From assembly GCA_013215385.1 (NCBI GenBank), contig JABSOY010000020.1, positions 26,511-90,510 on the forward strand: a stretch of 64,000 nt of DNA, read 5' to 3'. The position numbers and the translations under genes were made by a program. The notes under the pieces are model-generated. The model made no database searches and was not told where the DNA came from. It worked only from the letters and a program-made list of their open reading frames with translations. Source of the DNA: Colwellia sp. Its GTDB lineage: Bacteria; Pseudomonadota; Gammaproteobacteria; Enterobacterales; Alteromonadaceae. Positions within the stretch are counted from its first letter, which is position 1. Every line of letters starts with the position of its first letter. Positions 10,281 to 20,514 of the stretch are shown here, in pieces.

Positions 10281-11869
10281 TGAGCACAAATATCTTAGGA
10301 AAACAGATAAAACCAATTCTTGTTGGCATGATTATCGGCAGTGTTTTCACTTTTTTTGCATATAACCTACTAGCTCCGACAAGTAGTGAAGCAGTTGCAA
10401 GTGCTGCAACTGAAGAGAAAAAACCACTTTATTGGGTAGCACCTATGGATGCAAATTATAAGAAAGATAAAGCCGGTAAATCGCCAATGGGCATGGATTT
10501 AGTCCCGGTATATGATGATGGCGGTAGTGGTCCAGATGAAGGCCCTGGGACAATAAGAATATCACCTAACGTTATCAATAACTTAGGTGTGCGAACTGAA
10601 GTTGCTCAGTATAAAAAACTTCATAGTCAAATAAACACTGTCGGTTTTGTAACCTATGATGAAGATAAATTAGTGCATATTCATCCTCGAGTTCAAGGAT
10701 GGATTGAAAAACTATATATAAATGCCGTTGGAGATTCTGTTACAAAAAACCAACCACTGTACGATATTTATTCTCCTGAACTGGTCAATGCACAAGAAGA
10801 GTTATTGCTAGCACTTACCAGTAATAATCAACGATTACTTGTTGCGGCACAAAATCGCCTTACCGCCCTGAAATTTACCCGAGCAAGTATTAATAAGCTC
10901 AAAAAAGATAAAAAGGTACAACAGTTTATTACTTTTTATGCACCGCAGCGAGGTGTTGTAAAACAACTAGACATACGAGAAGGTTTTTATGTAAAGCCTG
11001 AAACGATGATGTTATCAATTGCTGATTTAAGCCAAGTTTGGGTAAAAGCTGATGTTTTTGAAAGAGAAGTTTCGCAAGTTTCAATGGGAAATAAGGTCTT
11101 CATGCGTCTGGATTATTTACCGAATAAATTGTGGGAAGGTAGTATCGAACATATTCATCCAATGATTGACCCTAAAACGAGAACTGCCATTGTTCGGTTA
11201 CGCTTTGATAATAAAAATGGCGAATTAAAACCTAATATGTTTGCACAGATATCTATCGATACTAGTTCCGATGAACGCGCGTTATTAATTCCAAAAGAAG
11301 CCCTAATAAGAACGGGTAATCAAGACAGAGTCGTGCTTGCGTTAGGAGAAGGGAATTTCAAATCTGTTGAAGTTTCTGTTGGTCGTTATGATAATGAAAG
11401 TGTTGAAATACTTAAAGGGCTTAGTGAGGGCGAAAGAGTCGTCAGTTCCGCACAATTCTTACTTGATTCAGAATCAAGTAAATCATCTGATTTTAAACGG
11501 ATGAATTACGATGAGTATGACAGTGAAGAAGCTATAGAAATGGAAATGAATATGAGTGATAACAATAGCACTATTTCTTCTACTAAAGTCTCCTCTGCCA
11601 CAGTGAACGGTACTGTCGTTTCTGTAATGGTCGATCATAGAATGGTCACTATCGACAGAGAAGCTATTGTAGCTTGGGGACGCGAAGCTGACACAGTTGA
11701 TTTTATCGTCGCTGATAATATTGATATGTCCTTATTTTCAAAGAATGCTTATGTGATGTTCACCTTTGAAGTGCAAGAAAGTAATTTTACTATCGTCAGT
11801 GCAATGGCTATGTCGAAAACTGATTCTACGCTGCCTATACAGCAAGCTGCTAACGACGAAGGAGAATAG
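10277..11869 (+). CDS. cusB: heavy-metal efflux RND periplasmic adaptor with a C-terminal CusF-like extension
   Basis: It has the N-terminal metal-binding region [12 protein letters not shown] and an HlyD-type barrel-sandwich body ending [14 protein letters not shown]. About 90 extra residues follow, resembling the CusF OB fold. Confidence 0.85.
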   Translation: MMSTNILGKQIKPILVGMIIGSVFTFFAYNLLAPTSSEAVASAATEEKKPLYWVAPMDANYKKDKAGKSPMGMDLVPVYDDGGSGPDEGPGTIRISPNVINNLGVRTEVAQYKKLHSQINTVGFVTYDEDKLVHIHPRVQGWIEKLYINAVGDSVTKNQPLYDIYSPELVNAQEELLLALTSNNQRLLVAAQNRLTALKFTRASINKLKKDKKVQQFITFYAPQRGVVKQLDIREGFYVKPETMMLSIADLSQVWVKADVFEREVSQVSMGNKVFMRLDYLPNKLWEGSIEHIHPMIDPKTRTAIVRLRFDNKNGELKPNMFAQISIDTSSDERALLIPKEALIRTGNQDRVVLALGEGNFKSVEVSVGRYDNESVEILKGLSEGERVVSSAQFLLDSESSKSSDFKRMNYDEYDSEEAIEMEMNMSDNNSTISSTKVSSATVNGTVVSVMVDHRMVTIDREAIVAWGREADTVDFIVADNIDMSLFSKNAYVMFTFEVQESNFTIVSAMAMSKTDSTLPIQQAANDEGE

Positions 11870-14800
11870 TGATGATTACGTCTATTATCCGTTGGTCTGT
11901 TGGCAATCGAGTCTTCGTATTGCTAGCGACATTGTTACTTGTTGGCGCTGGCTTATATTCCGTCAGTAAAACACCAATTGATGCACTGCCTGATTTATCG
12001 GATGTGCAAGTCATTATAAAAACAAGTTACCCAGGTCAAGCGCCCCAAGTGGTTGAAGATCAAGTAACGTATCCCATGACAACAGCCATGTTGTCAGTAC
12101 CAGGTGCAGTAACCGTGCGCGGTTATTCATTCTTTGGAGATTCATATGTATACGTGATTTTCGATGAGGATACTGACCTTTATTGGGCGCGTTCAAGGGT
12201 ACTTGAGTATTTAAGCCAAGTGGCCCCAAACCTGCCCAGCGATGCACGCCCGCAACTAGGCCCTGATGCAACAGGCGTTGGTTGGGTATATTTATATGCC
12301 CTTACCGATAAAACAGGCAAACATGATTTAAGCCAATTACGCAGCTTACAAGATTGGTTCTTAAAATTTGAATTACAAACGGTTCCTGGCGTATCTGAAG
12401 TAAGTACGCTTGGCGGCATGGTTAAGCAATATCAGGTCAGGATAGATCCTGATAAATTACGCGCTTTTGGTATTCCACTTTCTCTTATTCAAACAGCCAT
12501 TAAACAGGGTAATCAAGAAATAGGCGCATCAGTAGTAGAAATGGCCGAAGCTGAATATATGGTCAGAGCAACAGGTTACATAAAAAGTGTTGAGGACTTA
12601 GAAAACATTCCGTTGGGAGTAAACGAAAATGGTACCCCCCTACTGTTAAAAGATGTCGCTGATATTGGTACGGGTCCGCAAATGCGCCGCGGTGTCGCTG
12701 AGCTTAATGGCGAAGGTGAAACCGTTGGCGGCATCGTGGTGATGCGTTTTGGTGAAAATGCTCAGCAAGTGATCATCCGCGTAAAAGAAAAGCTTGAACA
12801 GCTAAAGAAAGGACTACCAGAAGGCGTTGAAATAGTAACGGTTTATGACCGTTCTGCATTGATTGAACGAGCAGTAGATAACTTGACGTTTAAACTGCTA
12901 GAAGAATTTGGTGTGGTCGCACTAGTTTGCATAATTTTCTTATTCCATGTGCGTTCTTCTTTAGTGGCAATTGTTTGTTTACCCGTAGGTATTCTAACCG
13001 CTTTTATTGTAATGCACTTACAAGGGCTGAATGCAAATATCATGTCGTTAGGAGGGATAGCAATCGCGATTGGCGCAATGATTGATGGCGCTATCGTCAT
13101 GATAGAAAATATGCACAAGCATATGGAAAAAACACCGCTAACCAATGAAAACCGATGGCAAATTGTTATCGATTCAGCCAGTGAAGTAGGTCCGGCATTA
13201 TTCTTCAGTTTATTAATTATTACGGTGAGTTTTGTGCCGGTATTTACCTTAGAAGCTCAGGAGGGGCGCATGTTTGCCCCGCTCGCTTTTACAAAAACCT
13301 ATGCCATGGCAGCATCTGCAGCACTTGCTATTACCTTAGTCCCCGTACTGATGGGCTATTTTATTCGAGGTAAAGTGCTACCTGAGCATAAAAACCCGGT
13401 CAATAGGTTTTTAACCTTTATCTACCTACCTGCTTTGAAAACAGTGTTACGTTTTCCAAAAATGACCTTAGTTGCGGCATTAGCGGTTCTAGCTGTTGGG
13501 ATATATCCACTTGATAAAATTGGTAGCGAGTTTATCCCACCGCTTGATGAAGGTGACTTGATGTATATGCCGACAACCTATCCGGGTATTTCTATCGGTC
13601 AGGCTCGTCAACTGCTGCAACAAACTGACAAGTTGATTAAAACAGTTCCTGAAGTAAAAACAGTATTTGGTAAAGTAGGTCGTGCTGAAACAGCAACAGA
13701 TCCGGCACCTCTGACCATGATAGAGACTTTCATCCAGTTAAAACCACGTGACCAATGGCGAGAAGGCGTAACGACAGAAAGTTTAAAAAAAGAGCTAGAT
13801 TCATTAGTAAAACTTCCTGGGGTTACCAATGCTTGGGTTATGCCAATCAAAACACGTATCGATATGTTAGCAACGGGCATTAAAACACCGGTAGGAGTTA
13901 AAATTGCGGGGCCTGATTTATCGGTTATTCAAGATATTGGTAAACAGTTAGAGGTAATATTAAAAGATGTTCCTGGCACCGCGTCAGTTTATTCAGAGCG
14001 TGTTGCGGGTGGTCGATATATCAAGGTTGATATTCAGCGTGCAAAAGCCGCTCGTTATGGTTTAAATATCGCAGAAATTCAACAAGTGGTCGCAACGGCC
14101 ATTGGCGGGATGAATGTCACTAAAACGGTTGAAGGTTTAGAGCGATATCCGGTGAATTTACGTTACCCTCAAGATTATCGCGACTCTCCTGAACAGTTAT
14201 CTCTGTTACCGATAGTTACCCCTAATGGACAGCGTATTTCATTGGGTGATGTCGCTAATATCATCATAGAAAATGGTCCTCCAGGCATTAAATCTGAAAA
14301 TGCACGTCTAAATGGTTGGGCTTTTGTTGATATCGAAGGTGTTGATGTTGGCAGCTATGTCGCTGCCGCACAGAAAGTTGTCTCTGATAAATTACAGTTG
14401 CCTGCGGGTTACTCTATAGCTTGGGCAGGACAATATGAATACATGCAACGGGCGAAAGCTAAGCTAACGTATGTTGTGCCATTGACCTTATTTATTATCA
14501 TTTTTTTACTTTATCTTAACTTCCGTAATGTTATTGAAGTCGCGATGATCATGGGAACACTGCCGCTGGCGATGGTTGGAAGTATTTGGTTAATGTACCT
14601 TGAAGGATTCAATTTTTCTGTGGCTGTTGGTGTTGGCTTTATCGCATTGGCAGGGGTCGCAGTAGAGATCGGTGTCATTATGTTAGTTTATCTCAATCAA
14701 GCTTATCAAGAGATGCTAAGTGAACACCGTTTAAAGAATATTGCTACCACAAAAGAAGATGTACTACAGGCCGTATTACGTGGTGCAGGTATGCGTGTTC

Positions 14801-15009
14801 GCCCAGTAATGATGACAGCCGCCGCCATTATTGTCGGTTTATTACCTATTTTATATGGCACAGGAACAGGCTCAGAAGTAATGAGCCGAATAGCCGCACC
14901 TATGGTTGGCGGCATGATGAGTGCCGTAATTCTAGCGTTACTGGTATTACCCGCTTTATTTTATTTATGGCGTTCGTCATCTATAAAAAATACAGCTTCA
15001 ACAACCTAG
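11869..15009 (+). CDS. cusA: heavy-metal (Cu/Ag) efflux RND transporter
   Basis: 1046 aa with a 12-TM RND organisation. The CzcA/CusA-type N-terminus is [19 protein letters not shown] and the [10 protein letters not shown] segment is present. The start is GTG 11869 or ATG 11872. Confidence 0.9.
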   Translation: MMITSIIRWSVGNRVFVLLATLLLVGAGLYSVSKTPIDALPDLSDVQVIIKTSYPGQAPQVVEDQVTYPMTTAMLSVPGAVTVRGYSFFGDSYVYVIFDEDTDLYWARSRVLEYLSQVAPNLPSDARPQLGPDATGVGWVYLYALTDKTGKHDLSQLRSLQDWFLKFELQTVPGVSEVSTLGGMVKQYQVRIDPDKLRAFGIPLSLIQTAIKQGNQEIGASVVEMAEAEYMVRATGYIKSVEDLENIPLGVNENGTPLLLKDVADIGTGPQMRRGVAELNGEGETVGGIVVMRFGENAQQVIIRVKEKLEQLKKGLPEGVEIVTVYDRSALIERAVDNLTFKLLEEFGVVALVCIIFLFHVRSSLVAIVCLPVGILTAFIVMHLQGLNANIMSLGGIAIAIGAMIDGAIVMIENMHKHMEKTPLTNENRWQIVIDSASEVGPALFFSLLIITVSFVPVFTLEAQEGRMFAPLAFTKTYAMAASAALAITLVPVLMGYFIRGKVLPEHKNPVNRFLTFIYLPALKTVLRFPKMTLVAALAVLAVGIYPLDKIGSEFIPPLDEGDLMYMPTTYPGISIGQARQLLQQTDKLIKTVPEVKTVFGKVGRAETATDPAPLTMIETFIQLKPRDQWREGVTTESLKKELDSLVKLPGVTNAWVMPIKTRIDMLATGIKTPVGVKIAGPDLSVIQDIGKQLEVILKDVPGTASVYSERVAGGRYIKVDIQRAKAARYGLNIAEIQQVVATAIGGMNVTKTVEGLERYPVNLRYPQDYRDSPEQLSLLPIVTPNGQRISLGDVANIIIENGPPGIKSENARLNGWAFVDIEGVDVGSYVAAAQKVVSDKLQLPAGYSIAWAGQYEYMQRAKAKLTYVVPLTLFIIIFLLYLNFRNVIEVAMIMGTLPLAMVGSIWLMYLEGFNFSVAVGVGFIALAGVAVEIGVIMLVYLNQAYQEMLSEHRLKNIATTKEDVLQAVLRGAGMRVRPVMMTAAAIIVGLLPILYGTGTGSEVMSRIAAPMVGGMMSAVILALLVLPALFYLWRSSSIKNTASTT

Positions 15010-15114
15010 TGATAGGAAGTACTAAAGCAAAAATGAAGAGGCGAATAATATCGCACTGGATAAATTAACTTTAAAATTAACTTTAAAATAAAATAAGAAA
15101 CTTAGGAGTAAACC

Positions 15115-15444
15115 ATGAAAACATCATTAATTAAAACCGTCAGTAAAATCGCTTTGGTATTAATACCAACCATAACTCTATCTATGGCTGCGACCGCGCA
15201 TGATCCTAAAATGCATGCAAAAAAGGCCGTAAAAGCAGACTGTAGTAAAATGGATCACAGCAAGATGGATATGAAAGATCCTGTTGTTATCGCCATGATG
15301 AAAAAATGCAAAAAGCAAGCTAAAGCGCCACATGCAAAAATGGACCATAGCAAAATGGGCAAAATGGGCAAAAAAATGGATCATAATAAAACAAAAGATA
15401 TTGATGATAAAAGCAATAAAAAAGAGAGTCATGATCATCATTAA
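15115..15444 (+). CDS. small exported Met/His/Lys-rich protein with MDHxKM repeats
   Basis: Signal peptide ...LSMAATA. The repeats are KMDHSKMDMKD, AKMDHSKMGKMGKKMDHNK and a C-terminal SHDHH. An AGGAG RBS precedes the start. Confidence 0.7.
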   Translation: MKTSLIKTVSKIALVLIPTITLSMAATAHDPKMHAKKAVKADCSKMDHSKMDMKDPVVIAMMKKCKKQAKAPHAKMDHSKMGKMGKKMDHNKTKDIDDKSNKKESHDHH

Positions 15445-15510
15445 TTAATTTCTATATTCACTTAGTATTCAGCTTGGATGCTAAGTGACTTTACTTACAA
15501 AGGAATAACG

Positions 15511-16044
15511 ATGAAAATATTTAAGTTATTACTCTTGCTGATAGCTTTAGCCCTTGGAACTACTGCAACAGTTATGTATTCAGGCATTGTCAATGTAGCT
15601 GCCGATGAACCGCACAGTGACTTTGTTTATTGGTTACTAGAAGAAACCAGAAATAACTCAATAAAAAAAGCAGCTCAGCATATCGAAGTACCAAACTTAG
15701 AAGATGCTGAATTGTTATTAATGGGTGGAGCAGATTACGAGTTTATGTGCTCAAGTTGTCATTTAAAACCTGGGCAAAGTGAAAGCGATATGAGCTTAGG
15801 TTTATATCCTGCGCCACCTAACTTAGCGGTTTCAAATGATGAACATAAAGGGCATGAACACGGTGATGAAAACCAAGCTGATCGCAATAATTTTTGGGTC
15901 ATTAAACACGGAATTAAAGCTTCAGGAATGCCTGCCTGGGGTAAAACCCATGATGATCAACGCATATGGGCAATGGTTGCTTTTATAAAACGACTACCGA
16001 CTTTGTCACCAGAGCAATATCAAATTCTTACCGCTGTTGAATAA
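15511..16044 (+). CDS. membrane-anchored or exported c-type cytochrome
   Basis: The ATG at 15511 gives MKIFKLLLLLIALALG. There is one CxxCH haem motif (CSSCH), a GMPAWG motif, and a His-rich insert NDEHKGHEHGDE. Confidence 0.75.
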   Translation: MKIFKLLLLLIALALGTTATVMYSGIVNVAADEPHSDFVYWLLEETRNNSIKKAAQHIEVPNLEDAELLLMGGADYEFMCSSCHLKPGQSESDMSLGLYPAPPNLAVSNDEHKGHEHGDENQADRNNFWVIKHGIKASGMPAWGKTHDDQRIWAMVAFIKRLPTLSPEQYQILTAVE

Positions 16045-16085
16045 TAAATACACCGATAAATATAACAAGATAACCAGAGATACTT

Positions 16086-16658
16086 ATGAAAATAATGAAT
16101 AAAATAGCCGCGGTTCTACTAGCAACACTTACTCTATCAATGGCAGCAAATGCCCATGATCCAAAGTCTCATGCAACTAAAGCGCTAAAAGCTGATTGTA
16201 GTAACATGGAACATAAGAATATGGCGATGGACGATCCTCTGATGAAGGCTATGATGAAAAAATGTTTACATCAGATTGACCATTCAAGTAAAAAAATGTC
16301 TCCTGTAGAAAAAACAGTTCACCTCTTTCATATGGCACTGAAAAAAGGCAAGCAAAAGCAAGCTAGAGAGCTACTCGATGATAATGTGACCATATTTGAA
16401 GGGGGACGAGTAGAACGTACTGCGGCTGAATATGCTAACCATCATATGTTAGCGGATATGAAATACTTGGCCGTAATTAACACCGAGACACTAGAGCAAA
16501 ATATTAAAGTTTTCGGTGATATTGCTTATGTTATGTCACGATCCAAATCAACAGGACAATACAAGAACAAGGATATTAATCATGAAAGTATGGAAACCAT
16601 GATCCTTCAGAAAACCAATGGTAACTGGAAGATCAGCCATATTCATTGGTCAAACTAA
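16086..16658 (+). CDS. exported protein: Met/His-rich N-terminal module fused to a putative SnoaL/DUF4440-like domain
   Basis: The first 60 aa or so (LSMAANAHDPKSHATKALKADCSNMEHKNMAMDDPLMKAMMKKC) are paralogous to ORF 15115. I judge the C-terminal 120 aa or so (...NGNWKISHIHWS) to be NTF2-like by pattern only. Confidence 0.6.
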   Translation: MKIMNKIAAVLLATLTLSMAANAHDPKSHATKALKADCSNMEHKNMAMDDPLMKAMMKKCLHQIDHSSKKMSPVEKTVHLFHMALKKGKQKQARELLDDNVTIFEGGRVERTAAEYANHHMLADMKYLAVINTETLEQNIKVFGDIAYVMSRSKSTGQYKNKDINHESMETMILQKTNGNWKISHIHWSN

Positions 16659-16811
16659 ATAAGTTACTGGCTTATATAATGAGTAAATTTTTTATTCTCA
16701 GCTCTGAAAGTAAAAATCAGCCAGGAAAAGATTATTCTTGCAGGGAATACTAAGAAGACTTACTTGGATGATATGTCGTTAAAATTTAGTCAGTTAACTA
16801 ACTGTAAAGTC

Positions 16812-16857
16812 GTCAATAATAAAGCCAGTAAAATTTCGAGTGCGCTTTATTATTGAC
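16812..16857. terminator. bidirectional hairpin between convergent genes
   Basis: Perfect 14-bp arms GTCAATAATAAAGC (16812-16825) and GCTTTATTATTGAC (16844-16857) flank an 18-nt loop. Confidence 0.55.
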
Positions 16858-16872
16858 CTAATATCTATAAAT

Positions 16873-17676
16873 CTAGTGGTGCCCTTCAACTAAATATATA
16901 TGATGAATCGTCAGCGTACCATCCGCTTCTGGTTGAACCCAAACTTCATATTTATCCGCAGAAATTATCTTATGGCCTTTGCCATATTCAAAATTCCCTT
17001 TCGATGTTCCACATTTTCTGGGGCCGCCCTTACATTTACCGCCTGCATTTACAGCAGTGCCATCATCATAACTATTGTTGTCTTCGGGGTGTTCATACAT
17101 GTCCATTAATAGTTGATAATCATGTCCGTTTGGCCATTGACTACCCTCGCTTTGAGAGTAATCCATGCACGTCCCTTGACTTGAACCATCCTCACTTGTG
17201 TGACCTAAACCGAACACATGACCAATTTCCTGGCACATCACATGGTTTTTCATTTCTGCAGTCCATGAAGAAGCATAACTGTCATTCAATTTTGCTGTTC
17301 CTTGAGAAATATGACCACTCGAATTAAGGTTAATAGAAGCCATGCCTAACCAACCGTTACGTCCATAACTTGCGTTACACACCCTCATTTGACCAATTAC
17401 CATATTGCAACGCTTACGCGTTTTGCTTCTATCATTGGCTGAGTCGATAGTGAATATAAATGGGCTCTGCAACCGTGACCAAGCGTATAAAGAGTCGCTT
17501 AGCTCTTGATCCCAATCTGCGGTTGTACTATCAATAACCTTTAAGTTAATCGTGCTCGTTTTACTTGCCCAGTGATAATCATTCCATGTATGGTCTGCTA
17601 ATACATTATTTGAGACAAATAATGATAAGATGATAAAAGCTGAATTAGCTATTATATTCATTGATTTCATAATCAT
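16873..17676 (-). CDS. secreted metzincin-like zinc metalloprotease with a variant QExxHxxGxxH motif
   Basis: The N-terminus is signal-like. The motif HVMCQEIGHVFGLGHTSED is present, and I checked the DNA, where CAG encodes Q in the place of the first His. The C-terminal region is rich in Gly, Lys and Cys. Confidence 0.65.
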   Translation of the reverse strand: MIMKSMNIIANSAFIILSLFVSNNVLADHTWNDYHWASKTSTINLKVIDSTTADWDQELSDSLYAWSRLQSPFIFTIDSANDRSKTRKRCNMVIGQMRVCNASYGRNGWLGMASINLNSSGHISQGTAKLNDSYASSWTAEMKNHVMCQEIGHVFGLGHTSEDGSSQGTCMDYSQSEGSQWPNGHDYQLLMDMYEHPEDNNSYDDGTAVNAGGKCKGGPRKCGTSKGNFEYGKGHKIISADKYEVWVQPEADGTLTIHHIYLVEGHH

Positions 17677-18061
17677 ACATTACTCAACTTTGCTTGATAT
17701 CAAAACTCGTTAATAACAAATTTATAGCGAGTCAATTAAGCCTTAAGTATAGATAATTTTTTAGTCTATCGTTAATTAGCAGTAACATATTTTTTGCACA
17801 AAGATTCAATTTAGTTGCGTTTTGATTATCTTATTTTAGGATTTATAAGGTGTGTATTTAATGACTGATAAGTCGATGTTTCTTAAAAAGAGAAAGGCGA
17901 ACGTTAAATAAAACATTGATAATAACGTTATGTTGTTGAAAGTTAGTTGTTATAAATACAAAAGCAGCTTGTTAATGAAGACACTAAGCCTGGCAGTTGA
18001 TTTAAACATTTAAACTGGTTACTGTACCTTGATTTTTAACATGATATGGATGCTAACGTTA

Positions 18062-19411
18062 ATGAATAAACAACTTGGACTATTATGGGGTCTCTCCCTG
18101 CTAATCACTTTTTATCTTGGTTATGGTTACAAATCCCTGTCACCTGCACAACCGGCTGAGTTAACGTCGTCTACTAATAATTCAATTGCTACAGTAAATG
18201 ATTTACTTGCAGGAAAGGAAAATATCAAACTTAGTGCGGTAACACCGGATCAAAATAAACAATCAAACAGCAATGATAATGATAATGATAATGATACTAA
18301 ACTAGCTCTAACCAAGGCAATCAACATAACGGAATCAATAGGTGAGATAAAGTCAATACTCGGTAACGGTATGAATATAGCCGGTATTGCTAAAGCTTAT
18401 ATAATGATTAGTGACTTTAATCAGCAAGATTTAGAAAAAGCCTTGGCGCAGCTCGAAAATACTGCCAATCAGCCTGACAACGCTTCTCTACTTTCATTAC
18501 TGTTGGTCAAATACGCAGAGCAGAACCCTCAAGAATCAATGGACTATATAAATTCGAATATCACGTCACCGCAATCAAAGAGCGCTGCAGCTAACAGCGT
18601 TATAGGAGTTTGGTCTAATAATGATCCCCTTTCAGCGTATGACTGGTTTCTTAACCAACAAAAACATCAAGATAAAAAAGGTAGCTTACCCTATGCTCGA
18701 AGAGCACTGTATTCTATTTTTTCAGGGCTAACTAAACAGGACTTCCATGGTGCTATTGATAAGCTTATAGATATTTCAAGTGATTCTGGCAATGGTTTTA
18801 TGGCTGTTTATGGCATGGCTGACGTTTTAACTAAAAAAGATGAGTTTGCTGAACTCATGAACAGGACAAGTGAATTAGCAGATATAAGACTTAAAAATAA
18901 TGTTGTGCAATCTTGGGTTAAACGCGATCCACAAGAAGCAATTGAATGGGTTGACTCTGTCGATGATATTGAGGGGAAAGCACAGTTACAAAAAGAAGTG
19001 TTTTCGGGCTGGTTGGCAACCGAACCTAAAGAGGCAGCCAACTGGTATCTAAGTAGTGCTGCACCTGAAGAAAAACAACTTTATGCAGACAAAATAATTA
19101 AGCAGTGGGGGATGTTTCAAGCTGGTACTCCTGAAGACGCACTTGATTGGTTAAGTCAACAAACAGAAATAGACTTACAGAAATCGACTGCAACATTACT
19201 CAAGTCTTCGGCTTATAGCAATACCGACTTTGCTATAAACAACCTCAACTTATTGAGTAATGATAAAGAAAAGTTAGACGTTTCTATCAGTATTCATATG
19301 ACTCTTGAGCGAAATAATAAGAAAAAAGCAGCTGAGTTTGTTGAGCAATCAACAATCAAAGAGGCATTACAAAAGAAAATAGAAGAGTACAAAAAGTATA
19401 GTGCTGATTAG
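18062..19411 (+). CDS. hypothetical membrane-anchored repeat protein
   Basis: The ATG at 18062 gives the TM/signal MNKQLGLLWGLSLLITFYLGYG. An (ND)n tract follows. A helical motif xxPxxAxxW recurs (NDPLSAYDWF, RDPQEAIEWV, TEPKEAANWY, GTPEDALDWL). Confidence 0.65.
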   Translation: MNKQLGLLWGLSLLITFYLGYGYKSLSPAQPAELTSSTNNSIATVNDLLAGKENIKLSAVTPDQNKQSNSNDNDNDNDTKLALTKAINITESIGEIKSILGNGMNIAGIAKAYIMISDFNQQDLEKALAQLENTANQPDNASLLSLLLVKYAEQNPQESMDYINSNITSPQSKSAAANSVIGVWSNNDPLSAYDWFLNQQKHQDKKGSLPYARRALYSIFSGLTKQDFHGAIDKLIDISSDSGNGFMAVYGMADVLTKKDEFAELMNRTSELADIRLKNNVVQSWVKRDPQEAIEWVDSVDDIEGKAQLQKEVFSGWLATEPKEAANWYLSSAAPEEKQLYADKIIKQWGMFQAGTPEDALDWLSQQTEIDLQKSTATLLKSSAYSNTDFAINNLNLLSNDKEKLDVSISIHMTLERNNKKKAAEFVEQSTIKEALQKKIEEYKKYSAD

Positions 19412-19457
19412 GAAAATATCAGTTTTTTTAAATAATGATATAGCTAGACCAGCGGTT

Positions 19458-20357
19458 CTAGCTATCAAAATCGACTATATTTTCTACTAGGTAATCTAAA
19501 AAAACTCGTGTCTTGGGTGAAACCATCTCTCGTTTTAAATAAATGGCGTAGGTGGCACTTAGTTCTTCATAAGGGCTGAAAGTATAAGTCTGCATTACTT
19601 GCGTTAAAGAGCCATCGGCTAATTCATCTTTAACCGCCCATCGTGGTATTAAAGCTAAGCCAGTATTATTTAACACTAATTGCTTTTGACCATTTACTGA
19701 GTTCACAGAAATAACATGATTAATGGTTAGCTTAGTTCTTTTTTCTGCCATCAAAAACCACTCTTGCCAACGAGCATAACTGTACTTAATACATTGATGT
19801 TCAGTTAAATCTTCAGGACAAAGCGGGGTGCCGTTATTAGCTAAGTATTGCGGGCTAGCACATAATAAAAAGTCATTAAATGCCAAGCGTTTCGCAATCA
19901 TTGTCGAATCAGCTAAACGTCCACTTCGAATGGCAACATCGATATTTTCTTCGACAAGGTCGACCACACGTTCTGTTAACTCAAGCTTTATATCAATATC
20001 TGGGTACAACTTCATAAAACGGGGGATTAATGGCAGAACAATGCTTTCGCCAAAACCTACGGTCATGCTTATTTTAAGCTTACCTTTTGGCTTTTCTTGT
20101 AAATCATTTACCGCCCTTTTAGCTTCATCAAATTCCGCTACTATGCGCTGAGAAAACTCATAATACTTGCGCCCTGCTTCCGTTAATCCAGTGTTTCTTG
20201 TAGTTTTATTTAACAGCCTTACACCTAAGTCATGCTCAAGAGCCGCTAATTGCCTTGAAATAGAAGAAGGTTGTACATCAAAGATTCGACTGGCTGCTGA
20301 GATACTTCCTGTTTCAACGACACAGTTAAAATACAGTAACCGATTCAGTGAACTCAT
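19458..20357 (-). CDS. LysR family transcriptional regulator
   Basis: I prefer the ATG at 20357 (MSSLNRLLYFNCVVETGSISAASRIFDVQPSSISRQL), preceded by a GGGAGGG RBS. It is divergent from an oxidoreductase gene. Confidence 0.85.
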   Translation of the reverse strand: MSSLNRLLYFNCVVETGSISAASRIFDVQPSSISRQLAALEHDLGVRLLNKTTRNTGLTEAGRKYYEFSQRIVAEFDEAKRAVNDLQEKPKGKLKISMTVGFGESIVLPLIPRFMKLYPDIDIKLELTERVVDLVEENIDVAIRSGRLADSTMIAKRLAFNDFLLCASPQYLANNGTPLCPEDLTEHQCIKYSYARWQEWFLMAEKRTKLTINHVISVNSVNGQKQLVLNNTGLALIPRWAVKDELADGSLTQVMQTYTFSPYEELSATYAIYLKREMVSPKTRVFLDYLVENIVDFDS

Positions 20358-20514
20358 AATCCCTCCCTTACATCGTCTGTTATTAGTATTAATAACCTTA
20401 ACCTTGAGTTGCTTAAAAAGCAAAGGTGATTTGTCAGTTGGGTAATGGTTTGCTCAACCGGCAAAAACTACAATAGCCATACTTTAACTAAACAACAACA
20501 AATCGAGTACCAAT

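Noticed and set aside
11766-11969. 67-aa ORF spanning the cusB/cusA junction.
   Set aside because: It is out of frame with both well-supported genes and is a junction artefact.
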